A stretch of DNA of 64,000 bases from an uncultured Candidatus Poseidoniales archaeon (GTDB lineage Archaea > Thermoplasmatota > Poseidoniia > Poseidoniales > CAYMED01), in contig CAYMED010000002.1 of the NCBI GenBank assembly GCA_964389655.1, positions 1-64,000 of the forward strand, written 5' to 3'. The notes under the pieces are model-generated. The model was not told the origin of the DNA, did not search any database, and worked only from the letters and a program-made list of their open reading frames with translations. Shown here in pieces: positions 41,954 to 51,181 of the stretch (within the stretch, counting starts at the first letter, position 1; every line of letters starts with the position of its first letter). The translations under genes were made by a program, and so were the position numbers.

Positions 41954-41989
41954 ATGTGAACGGAGAGTTCATCACCCCCCGCTCGCCCG

Positions 41990-44134
41990 ATGACAGTGAT
42001 TCTCGTGTTTGCAGTAACTGACGCCGGGGCTAGATGGCGTACATTTCTTGAGGAAACACAACACGACATCATCAAAGCCCTCATCCACCAATGGCCAAAG
42101 AACAAACATCTGAAAGTTTCTTGGAATGTGATCCATACATTCCACGCAGAGTTTGCTCTCCAAATATTGGAATCTCCTTCAGTAATGATACAACCGGGGG
42201 TTGATGCTCTTCGAAACCTTTGCTTTGAATTAGGTGCGCCAAATGTAAAATTGAGTCTCCAAATAACAAAACTCCCCCCTGACCATCGTCGCGGGGTTAG
42301 TGCCCTTCGCACGGAAGATGTTGGGCGCTTGATTGCTGTTGAGGCAGTTGTAAGTCGAATTTCTGCAGTCCGCCCGCGCGCTTTACTTGGATTATTCAAA
42401 TGCCGTGGGTGTGGTACTGAAACGCCCATCGAGCAACCCGATGAGCGCATTCTTCGCCAACCGGTTGAGTGCACAGGAACAGAGGGGTCAGGGGGATGTG
42501 GGAAAAGACGTGGCCAAACAGATTGGATTTTTGAATGGCGGAAGGACAAATTAATCGATTCTCAATTTATCGAGATTCAAGACCTCCCTGAAACTGTGGA
42601 ATCCGGGGGCCAACCCGAGCGCGTTTCGACATTGGTCTCAGGCGATCTCGCGGGTATTCTTCACCCAGGTGACCGAATCATTGCCAATGGCTTCCTTGTT
42701 ACACGTCAACAAGGCACCAGCACGCGTGCATCTCCTGTGCTTGATATTCTTCTTGACCTCCAAAGCATCGAGCGCCAAAACCACGCGTATGAAGAAGTAT
42801 CCATTACGGTAGAAGATGAGGAGGAAATCCGTTCAATTGTTGCCCGCGATGACTTATTGGATCTCGTTAGTCGAAGCATTGCTCCTTCAATTGAAGGCTG
42901 GCTTGAAGTGAAACGATCACTCTCCCTTCAATTATTTGGAGGTGTGGCCCGGAGAACAAAGGATGGAAGGCGGCAACGCGGTGATATACACGTGTTGTTG
43001 ATGGGTGATCCGGGGACGGGAAAATCGCAGATCCTTGAATATATGGCAACACTTAGCCCGCGCGGGATGATTGCCTCAGGGCAATCGACTTCCAAAGCTG
43101 GACTTACGGCAACCGCAGTTCGAGATGAAGCAAGCGGTGGTAGATGGACCTTGGAAGCGGGAGCCTTGGTCCTTGCAGATTTGGGATTAGCAGCAATTGA
43201 CGAATTGGATAAAATGAACGCAGAAGATCGTTCAGCCATGCATTCTGGATTGGAACAGCAGCGGATCCATGTCAATAAGGCAGGCATCAATGCAACCCTG
43301 TTCTGCCGCTGTCCCGTTCTAGCAGCTGCAAATCCCCGGCGTAGTAAATTTGACATCAATGATATCTATACAAATCAAATCGATTTACCTGCTTCATTGA
43401 TTAGCAGGTTTGATGTTATTTGGCCTATGGTTGATGAGCCGAATGAGGATCATGATCGGGATATTGTTCAACGGATATTGAAGAATCGAGCTCAAGGGGA
43501 GCCCGAAATGCTTGGATCTGCAAAACGCGGCCAAACAGTTGAGATTCCAAAGCATGAATCACCCCTGATTCGGGACGAGGGCGGTCAAGAAATTCTTTCG
43601 CCTAATTTTGTCCGGAAATATGTGGCATATGCGCGCCGTGCTTGTTTTCCAGTTCTTTCAGAAGAGGCCCAAAAAATTCTAGAAGAATTTTACATAGATA
43701 CAAGAATTCCGAAAGACCGAGAGAGAAGTGAATCGGGTATCGATAAAATCGCCATCACTCCGCGCGGCTCCGAAGGCGCCATTCGTTTGGCAGAAGCTAG
43801 CGCCCGCATGAATCTCCGCGAGACAGTGTTGGCATGGGATGCGGAATTGGCTGTTATGATTATGCGCCACTGGAGGGACAAATTACTCGGCGATGAAGAT
43901 ATAACCTCTATTTATTCAGGTACATCAACAAAAACGAGGGACATTTCTGCAACCATCTACAGCATCGTGCGTGAGAAAATGGATCCACACTCAAATATGA
44001 CTGAAAAGCGCGTAATTCTTGAAGAATGCGCCCGGAGGAATATTCCAGCATCTAAGGTAGAAGAACTTCTCAAGAAAATGTCGGACAAAGGTGAGCTCTA
44101 TTCTCCAGGTTATGGTGAGTATGGCTTTGTCTAA
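41990..44134 (+). CDS. mcm: Replicative helicase MCM
   Basis: C4 zinc finger, SIAPSI.G, RGDIHVLLMGDPGTGKSQ, TLEAGALVLAD, IDELDKM, AAANP, SRFD arginine finger, C-terminal wHTH. No intein-sized insertion. Confidence 0.97.
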   Translation: MTVILVFAVTDAGARWRTFLEETQHDIIKALIHQWPKNKHLKVSWNVIHTFHAEFALQILESPSVMIQPGVDALRNLCFELGAPNVKLSLQITKLPPDHRRGVSALRTEDVGRLIAVEAVVSRISAVRPRALLGLFKCRGCGTETPIEQPDERILRQPVECTGTEGSGGCGKRRGQTDWIFEWRKDKLIDSQFIEIQDLPETVESGGQPERVSTLVSGDLAGILHPGDRIIANGFLVTRQQGTSTRASPVLDILLDLQSIERQNHAYEEVSITVEDEEEIRSIVARDDLLDLVSRSIAPSIEGWLEVKRSLSLQLFGGVARRTKDGRRQRGDIHVLLMGDPGTGKSQILEYMATLSPRGMIASGQSTSKAGLTATAVRDEASGGRWTLEAGALVLADLGLAAIDELDKMNAEDRSAMHSGLEQQRIHVNKAGINATLFCRCPVLAAANPRRSKFDINDIYTNQIDLPASLISRFDVIWPMVDEPNEDHDRDIVQRILKNRAQGEPEMLGSAKRGQTVEIPKHESPLIRDEGGQEILSPNFVRKYVAYARRACFPVLSEEAQKILEEFYIDTRIPKDRERSESGIDKIAITPRGSEGAIRLAEASARMNLRETVLAWDAELAVMIMRHWRDKLLGDEDITSIYSGTSTKTRDISATIYSIVREKMDPHSNMTEKRVILEECARRNIPASKVEELLKKMSDKGELYSPGYGEYGFV

Positions 44135-44181
44135 GCGAGTTCTCAACTGGTCTTTATGTATGGGACGGGAGTGGATTTTCT

Positions 44182-46221
44182 GTGTCCGATCCCTCTGACC
44201 TCGATCTTGTGTCTCTCGGTTTCATGTGCGGGCTTGAAATACACCGCCAACTAGATACTGGCAAACTTCACAGCCGACACCCAAGTGAACTTCATGATTT
44301 AAGAATTGAACAAATGCCCAAAAATTGGCCTAGGGTGGAACGCCGCTTAATTGCAGCAAGCGGTGATTCTGGGGATATTGATATTGCAGCAAGATTTGAA
44401 GCGAGAAGACACAGGACATTTACCTATGTTGGCCCACCAAATGCTGGATTGATTGAATTCGATGAAGCCCCTCCTCAACCCTTAGATCCCGATGCACTTT
44501 CAGCATGCTTGACATTGTGTGGGATGCTCAATGCATCTCCCCTCCCTGTTCTTCAAACGATGCGGAAGACAGTTGTTGATGGATCAAATACTTCGGGTTT
44601 CCAACGAACAACTTTGGTGGCGACAGATGGGAAAATAACAGTCGATGACGTCGACGTTGGAATTGATGTGATTTGCCTCGAAGAAGACTCGGCGCGCCAC
44701 CCCACTGAGCATCGCCCAAGTGCGGATTCAGCATGGTATACTCTTGATCGTTTAGGGATACCATTGGTTGAAATTGCAACGGCCCCAGATATTGTATCCC
44801 CCGAACATGCCAAATTAGTTGCAGCGGAACTGGGGGCCATTCTTGTTGATACGGGAAAAGTTCGCCGGGGTCTAGGGACAATCCGACAAGATCTGAATGT
44901 GAGTATTGGGGCCGGGGTCCGGGTTGAAATCAAAGGTTGTCAAGAACTTAATGATATTCCTTCGATTATACACCTTGAAATTCACCGGCAAATCCATTTT
45001 TACAAACTCGCAAATGAGCTTAGAGAGGAGATTGGACTCGCCCCCCTTCCCCCTCACCGGGACGGCGACGGCATCGCCGATATTGAAGGGGAATGTGACG
45101 TACTTAGTAGGCATATACCTTGTAAGTCGGTTGATGTAAGCCCCTTGTTTGAAAACAGCGAATGCACCATTCTCCGCCAGGTTATCGATGAGGGGGGTCA
45201 GATTCTTGCAGCCGAATTGCCCCACCTTTCTGGTAAATTAGGGCGGAAGGGGGACTTGGTTGGAGATCTTCCTGCGCCCCGTCTCGGTTTGGAATTGGCG
45301 GGTGCAGCGCGGCTTGCAGGCGTTGGGGGTTTATTCCATACTGATGAAATGCCGTCTCGTGGTGTATCTATAGGGGAAATTTCGGAAGTTCGAAATGCCG
45401 TCAACGCTTCTTCTACAAGCGCCGTAGTATTTGTTGGAGCAAAGAAGTGGCAAGCACAACTTGCAATTGAGGCAATTGTATCTCGTGCTCGCTCCGCTTG
45501 GCAGCGGCTCCCATGTGAGGTGAGGGGGGTTTCAGCCGATTGTGCCACGCGCCCCCTCCGTCCTCTTCCAACAGGTGCCCGAATGTACCCTGAAACAGAC
45601 CTCCCCTTGCAAAGAATAGATCTCGACCTATGGGATTTGGTAAAATTGAATATTCCCCCACGTTCAGCAGAGAGAATATCCTACCTTTCAAAATCACATG
45701 GGATTTCAGAAGATCAGGCGATGCAAATTGTTCAGAGGAATTTATATGATGTTTTTGAGGATGGGATTTCAGGCGCGATAGGACATAGCCTTGGCCCGCT
45801 TTCACCTCGCGCATGGGCTCGCATGTTACTTGAAGGAGGGAGCCAATTTTGTGAAGGTTTTACCCCATCCCCCATATTCCTCTTTACCACCCTCCATCTA
45901 TTGGATCGTGGTGTAATTACTCGGGATTCATTCCCCATGATTGGTAAATGGATAATGGAGGGTGAATTTGAGCAAATAGATCCATCGTTGTTATTCGAAG
46001 AATTGAAATCACGCGCGGAATCAGAGGGATTGGGTGTGTTGGAGTCTTCAGTTGTTGAAGAAACAATTGAGAAGATAATGGATGAGCGCGCTGAATTTAT
46101 TGCCGAAAGGGGAATGGGTGCGATTGGTCCGCTAATGGGCGAAGTAATGGCGCGCCTATCGGGAAGAGCCGATGGAAGGGTGGTAAGTGTCCTTTTGAGG
46201 GCAGCAATCGAGCGACGTTGA
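44182..46221 (+). CDS. gatE: Glutamyl-tRNA(Gln) amidotransferase subunit E
   Basis: GLEIHRQL, MRKTVVDGSNTSGFQRT, LEEDSAR, LDRLGIPLVEIAT, RGLGTIRQDLNVSI, RMYPETD, GPLMGEVM. Confidence 0.96.
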   Translation: MSDPSDLDLVSLGFMCGLEIHRQLDTGKLHSRHPSELHDLRIEQMPKNWPRVERRLIAASGDSGDIDIAARFEARRHRTFTYVGPPNAGLIEFDEAPPQPLDPDALSACLTLCGMLNASPLPVLQTMRKTVVDGSNTSGFQRTTLVATDGKITVDDVDVGIDVICLEEDSARHPTEHRPSADSAWYTLDRLGIPLVEIATAPDIVSPEHAKLVAAELGAILVDTGKVRRGLGTIRQDLNVSIGAGVRVEIKGCQELNDIPSIIHLEIHRQIHFYKLANELREEIGLAPLPPHRDGDGIADIEGECDVLSRHIPCKSVDVSPLFENSECTILRQVIDEGGQILAAELPHLSGKLGRKGDLVGDLPAPRLGLELAGAARLAGVGGLFHTDEMPSRGVSIGEISEVRNAVNASSTSAVVFVGAKKWQAQLAIEAIVSRARSAWQRLPCEVRGVSADCATRPLRPLPTGARMYPETDLPLQRIDLDLWDLVKLNIPPRSAERISYLSKSHGISEDQAMQIVQRNLYDVFEDGISGAIGHSLGPLSPRAWARMLLEGGSQFCEGFTPSPIFLFTTLHLLDRGVITRDSFPMIGKWIMEGEFEQIDPSLLFEELKSRAESEGLGVLESSVVEETIEKIMDERAEFIAERGMGAIGPLMGEVMARLSGRADGRVVSVLLRAAIERR

Positions 46222-46326
46222 CCGATTATAATGGCTAGTACAGGACCTTTGTGCGCGACGAAGTCTCTATATGATGATCGTCATGGGTAGAGGGGGCCTA
46301 GCCTGAGGCTCCGCGAGGTGAAACCG

Positions 46327-49300
46327 ATGGAAAAACGAATGACTTACCGATCGATAATGTTGACATTGATGCTACTAGTTGCCCTGCCCTTGCCGGCCAT
46401 GGGTGCAGATGATGCAAGACAAGGGACTGTAAACTACGAGGTATTTTTCTCACTTGGAGTAAATGATACATCAATACTTGGACCCAATTTTGTAAACAAT
46501 TCAGGTTGGGCCAGTGGTGCCACTCCACAAGAAAATGTCGAACAGGTTTCTAAAGCCGCAGCACAACTTCTGTGTGATAGCCCTGAATCATTCCTAACAA
46601 CTGGAAGTTCTGGTGGTAAGAATGTGGTTTCGATATGCAATATACCAAGTACTGGTTCTGCAGAATTTGTTCCTTATCAGTGGATGAATAGCTCTAACTT
46701 TTGGTTCAAGGTGGGCATGAACCCAGGAGATACTGAAAAGCAAAACTGTGACAATCCCGATGCTTGGGATCAATGTGCACCGGGGCAAGATTACGCATTG
46801 GCATGGCACGCAGTTGACCGTGCTGATTCAGTAGCCGAGCTTCTCGGTCCAGCAGCATTCCCCAATGCCAAGGATATCGATGCTAATGCAACGTTCAATT
46901 ACGCTTTCCCAGTTTCAGACCTTGGAACTAATTCATGGCGGTGGTATACAGGAACTACAACATCAGCATATAATGCAAATGCTTGGGCGGCTTTTGTCAA
47001 CCTTGGTCTTACCAACAGCACCATTGGTGTAGATCCGGATGTTGAATTAATCCAAGATCAAACATCTCAGTCGACGGGCCCACCACAAATGATTCCAGTT
47101 GCTGGTATTGGATCAATTTACACCGATATTGGCTATATGAGTGGCGGACAAGGATGGGAATGGGTTGCCCACACATGGGATTCACAGCAATCAGTATGGG
47201 CACCTGAAGCAGATATGAATGGAAACGTCACGCCTCTCACGGAAGTACCACTTGACAATAATACCCAGACAACTGTTCTTTTGCTACCTGGCATGTTTAA
47301 TCAAATCATCAAGGATGTTCCTTTCACCCCAGCTAATATGTCTGGTTGGAATGATCAAACACACGGCGAACTTGTTCCTTCCTCTTTTAGCGGTGCCACA
47401 ATCGATGTTGTCGTTGACCCAGAAGGACGTTCTATGACAACTACAACGAGCGTGGATGCGAAAGGATCCGGTGCATACTTAGGTGGTGCTGATGGTTTGC
47501 GCACAATCATTGGCGGACAAACAGAGCCTTATCTAGAGGTTTCTCAATCAGAAATAGACACAATGTCGGCTGACTGTAAGCTAACAACAACCTTCAATGA
47601 GAATGCAAATCTATGTGATGATGAATTTATGTGGGAATTCTTCAACACAAAGTCTCACAATGATCTAAAGGAGATTCAATGGACATCAAGCGGTGTTGGA
47701 ACCGTTAAAGGTGGAGCATGGGATATGGTTTCTGGAACAACGAGTTATTCGCAAACAGGCCTCGTTGGTGGTGCAGAGTCTGCAGCTACAATTACTACAA
47801 CCACAACTGTCTCTTTCGGCGCAAGCCCACGCCTCACAAAATCAATGGCCATCACAGATAGTCTGAGTTTGGACACACTTCACACGACCCCTGTGGTGCG
47901 AGCAAATGGCATTCCAACAGCATTTGGTGGAGGAAACGTAACTGTGAATGTAAATCTAGGTGGATCTTCACAATTCGTTCTTGGTGGCCCAAGTTTGAGC
48001 CAAGCAGAAAAATATGGTGGAGATAGCGTTGCTCAAGCGGTATTTGCCTCGAATGGAAATGGCGGATACACTGTGACAATGTCTGCAATACAATATGCTA
48101 CCATCGAAAAAATAACTCTTCCACTGTCTACTGATGTAGATCCCCCTCAAAAGGCAGCATTTGACTCACCTGAAGATATTGAACAAGGGTCTACTCTAAC
48201 TCTAGTTGGGACTGCTGTGGATGCAGATACTGTGCTTATCGAAATAGGCAATAGACGCTCTCCAACAGTCCAAGAGCAAGAGAATGGAACAACTGAATAT
48301 GGTGGACAGGTTATGGATGGAGCACCCCTCCTTTCACAATCAGTATCAGTTCCATCTAATGGCGACGTTTCCGTCGACCTTGCCAACTTTGCAATTGGAT
48401 GGTGCACCCCCACACAAAATGAACCCTGCAGGTTCTTGGGTTTAGCCACCGCATCTAATTCATTGGGCATGACCTCAGAAACAGATGATTTCCTCGTAAC
48501 AGTCAAAGTTGCATCAGATCCGAAAGTGGCACGACCAAGCATGTCAATCAGCCTAGACGACTTGGGAACATCTGGAAGCATCGATACAGACGCAGGGGAA
48601 TATCTAGTTGAAGGGGCAGTTACGAAACCAGTAGGTTATGACTATTCAGATTGTGTTTATTCAATTTCTTGGAATGAACCTGGACAAGACGCCACCGTGA
48701 ATGCACTTGTCGTACTCAATAATCGGTTTAGCCATTCAATAACGATTGCTGAAGACCAGTCCCTCTTTGTTGAAGTTAGGGCATCATGTGATGCTAACAA
48801 AGGAGGTACATCATATGTGAATCTCCGTGGCTTAAAGTCAGGAACTACAGATCCAGGAACCAACACCAATACCACAACTAATACCACAACCACCCCTACT
48901 GTTTATGCTCTAACAGTTGGAAGTGTTGCAGGGGACATCAGTTCATCAGGTGCTCAAGTAACTGTTACCATGACTGGAGCAGATTGTAGTGGCTGGGATA
49001 CAAAAGGTCTGAAGGTTTCAGTCCAAGTTGACACAATTACAAAGCTGTTTGATGTTGCGAGTTCTCCTGGAAGTTGTGATCTATTCTTGACCGGTTCCGA
49101 TTTGACAGGAATTACCGCAGGCACACATGACTATCTGATTACAGTAAACGATGCCGACGGCAACCTTGTTGATACAAAGTCAGGTAAGTTCACACTTTCA
49201 GAGCAATCTGTAGTTGATACAACAGATGAACCCATAACTGATGTGGCAACCCAAGCGCCAGAAGATGAAGGAGGCCTTCCAGGCTTCAGCGTCATTCTAG

Positions 49301-49359
49301 CGGTGAGTGGTTTCCTCCTTGCAGCCTTTGGAGTATCTTCTCGTAAGCGAGAGGAATGA
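46327..49359 (+). CDS. PGF-CTERM (archaeosortase A substrate) surface glycoprotein with possible tandem DUF4430-like domains
   Basis: GAGGTGA SD, signal peptide, Thr-rich linkers, C-terminal LPGF + TM + RKR. The N-terminal ~320 aa hold two G..V..I....W.W.....W patterns. Confidence 0.8.
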   Translation: MEKRMTYRSIMLTLMLLVALPLPAMGADDARQGTVNYEVFFSLGVNDTSILGPNFVNNSGWASGATPQENVEQVSKAAAQLLCDSPESFLTTGSSGGKNVVSICNIPSTGSAEFVPYQWMNSSNFWFKVGMNPGDTEKQNCDNPDAWDQCAPGQDYALAWHAVDRADSVAELLGPAAFPNAKDIDANATFNYAFPVSDLGTNSWRWYTGTTTSAYNANAWAAFVNLGLTNSTIGVDPDVELIQDQTSQSTGPPQMIPVAGIGSIYTDIGYMSGGQGWEWVAHTWDSQQSVWAPEADMNGNVTPLTEVPLDNNTQTTVLLLPGMFNQIIKDVPFTPANMSGWNDQTHGELVPSSFSGATIDVVVDPEGRSMTTTTSVDAKGSGAYLGGADGLRTIIGGQTEPYLEVSQSEIDTMSADCKLTTTFNENANLCDDEFMWEFFNTKSHNDLKEIQWTSSGVGTVKGGAWDMVSGTTSYSQTGLVGGAESAATITTTTTVSFGASPRLTKSMAITDSLSLDTLHTTPVVRANGIPTAFGGGNVTVNVNLGGSSQFVLGGPSLSQAEKYGGDSVAQAVFASNGNGGYTVTMSAIQYATIEKITLPLSTDVDPPQKAAFDSPEDIEQGSTLTLVGTAVDADTVLIEIGNRRSPTVQEQENGTTEYGGQVMDGAPLLSQSVSVPSNGDVSVDLANFAIGWCTPTQNEPCRFLGLATASNSLGMTSETDDFLVTVKVASDPKVARPSMSISLDDLGTSGSIDTDAGEYLVEGAVTKPVGYDYSDCVYSISWNEPGQDATVNALVVLNNRFSHSITIAEDQSLFVEVRASCDANKGGTSYVNLRGLKSGTTDPGTNTNTTTNTTTTPTVYALTVGSVAGDISSSGAQVTVTMTGADCSGWDTKGLKVSVQVDTITKLFDVASSPGSCDLFLTGSDLTGITAGTHDYLITVNDADGNLVDTKSGKFTLSEQSVVDTTDEPITDVATQAPEDEGGLPGFSVILAVSGFLLAAFGVSSRKREE

Positions 49360-49501
49360 ATCTCTTTTGGCGCTGAGAAGAAACTAGAGGGGCCTAATCC
49401 CTCCCACCCAAGACAATAAGGTGGACTGTGTCCAATAGTTCGTTTACCACTTGTTTCCCTAAGGGGGAACGACCTAAGTACCGTTGTTCCTCCCTCATTA
49501 C

Positions 49502-49990
49502 ATGGTATGGGGACACTTACAGACATCTATGCTGGTTTGTTTACTGTGTTCCCCCGCACTTTCTGGATGCCTTTCAGACAATGAATCACTTGCTAATCCC
49601 TCTCCCCTTTCCTTTGATGAAGTGGGCCCCCTAAATATTACAGTAACAATAGATTTTGGGCGGTTTTCGAATGAGTCCTTGTCCTTAGTACCTGAACATA
49701 ATTATACCAATATTACCTTTTCACCCTTATTTGCCTCAAATGGTACAACAGCATTTCGGATCATGGAAGCCATTCAAGCTAGAGAAAATTTTTCGATTGA
49801 AGTTACTTATTATGCGGGGATGGGGTCTGAACCATCCAGCGGCGCATTTGTCCATACAATCGATGGCGTTGGACAGCACCCTCCAGAATACTGGATTGTC
49901 TACCACAATGATAAACGTGCAGAAGTCGGTATAGGTGCATTAAAATTAAGTCAAGATTCGACCCTATATTGGGTCCTTGAAGAGTATTAG
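49502..49990 (+). CDS. DUF4430 (transcobalamin C-terminal-like) lipoprotein
   Basis: ALSGC lipobox. VTIDFG, NGTTAF, GAFVHTIDGV, YWIVYHND..AEVGIG...L.....LYW. Confidence 0.82.
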   Translation: MVWGHLQTSMLVCLLCSPALSGCLSDNESLANPSPLSFDEVGPLNITVTIDFGRFSNESLSLVPEHNYTNITFSPLFASNGTTAFRIMEAIQARENFSIEVTYYAGMGSEPSSGAFVHTIDGVGQHPPEYWIVYHNDKRAEVGIGALKLSQDSTLYWVLEEY

Positions 49991-50035
49991 AGGCTGATGA
50001 TCATAAACGTGGACCATTTCAGGAGATTGATTCAC

Positions 50036-50686
50036 ATGTACCTTGGTCTACACGGGTTGGGGGCAGATTCAGTTCTAATCCAATTGGTAACTGTCTTACT
50101 TTTCCTTTTTGGTATCGTTTTGCTCGTCCCAGACCTGAAAAAAAAGATGTATGCTCCAACCCTATTCATCATTTCTCTTTCTCTTATTGCCACATGGATG
50201 AGAATTCAACTTCAAGTGATCCCTAACGTACAACCAATAACTTGCATTGCGTTTCTCATTGGAGTGCGTTTTGGTCTTCGTCATGGTGGATCTTTTGCTA
50301 TCCTTACCACTCTTGCTTCTAACCATGTACTAGGAACTGGAGAATGGACCCTTTACCAAATCAGCGGATGGTTTTTGGTTGCAACATGTGGTTCATCTCT
50401 CCGCAATTTCATCTCAACAGGTGATGGTGGTTTACATGCATATCGTATTTCACTTATTTGCGCATTTTTGGCTTTCCCATTTGATTGGTGGGTTTCTCTC
50501 CCTGCAGCTAGGTTTGGCATTTCCCCTTACCTTGAATATATCTCAAACGGTCTCATTTTCGATCTTTATCATGCTGTTGGAAATTTATTCTTTGCCCTTT
50601 TCCTTACCCCAATTATGCATCATCTATCTCAAAAAATTCCCACAAAAAACCAAAAAATAAGGTCCGTGGGGATCGTTTCTAAGTAG
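50036..50686 (+). CDS. ECF transporter S-component, CbrT (cobalamin)-like
   Basis: IPNVQPIT.I.FLIG..FG...G, L.SN..LG.GEWTLYQ..GW, GL.FDLYHAVGN. AGGAG SD before ATG 50036 (alternative start 49997). Confidence 0.82.
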   Translation: MYLGLHGLGADSVLIQLVTVLLFLFGIVLLVPDLKKKMYAPTLFIISLSLIATWMRIQLQVIPNVQPITCIAFLIGVRFGLRHGGSFAILTTLASNHVLGTGEWTLYQISGWFLVATCGSSLRNFISTGDGGLHAYRISLICAFLAFPFDWWVSLPAARFGISPYLEYISNGLIFDLYHAVGNLFFALFLTPIMHHLSQKIPTKNQKIRSVGIVSK

Positions 50687-50775
50687 TGTTTCTTCCTAAT
50701 AGGATCAAAATATATTTTATCAGCCGAATTGAACTGAAGGCACATGGATAAAAGATTGGTACCCTTGGCAGTGCT

Positions 50776-51174
50776 GTGGCGAAGTGGTGGCGCAAGCAAA
50801 CGCGCAGTGGTGAGCCACATCTTAATCAGAAATTAGCTTGTATTGTCAATAATTCACTGAAAATGGGCAAGGGAAAGATTGCAGCGCAAGTAGGTCATGC
50901 TTGTATCAAGGCTTACCGGGAGTTCTCAATTCATCATCCATCTGAAGCAAGAGCTTGGATAGATGGCGGTGAGAAAAAAATCATCCTCAAAGCGCCATCT
51001 CGTACAGAAATAGAAAAAATTGCAGCAGAAGCAAGAGATGCTGGTTTGGAAACTTACGAAATCAAGGACGCTGGCCACACACAAATACCACCTGGAAGCT
51101 TAACTGTGCTTGCTATTGGACCTGCCAGTGAAAAGAAAATTGACAACATTTGTTCCAACTTGAAACTGCTCTGA
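50776..51174 (+). CDS. pth2: Peptidyl-tRNA hydrolase Pth2
   Basis: LKMGKGKIAAQVGHA, W...GEKKIILK, IKDAGHTQIPPGS.TVLAIGP, LKLL. Confidence 0.96.
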   Translation: MAKWWRKQTRSGEPHLNQKLACIVNNSLKMGKGKIAAQVGHACIKAYREFSIHHPSEARAWIDGGEKKIILKAPSRTEIEKIAAEARDAGLETYEIKDAGHTQIPPGSLTVLAIGPASEKKIDNICSNLKLL

Positions 51175-51181
51175 ATAACGG

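Noticed and set aside
26458-44134. Inteins in NrdA or MCM
   Set aside because: Both have normal length and contiguous motifs, with no C...HN splice signatures at the usual sites.
46222-46326. Cobalamin riboswitch upstream of the putative B12 locus (49360-49501 also checked)
   Set aside because: The regions are short and lack recognisable B12-box and core motifs. An Infernal search would settle it.
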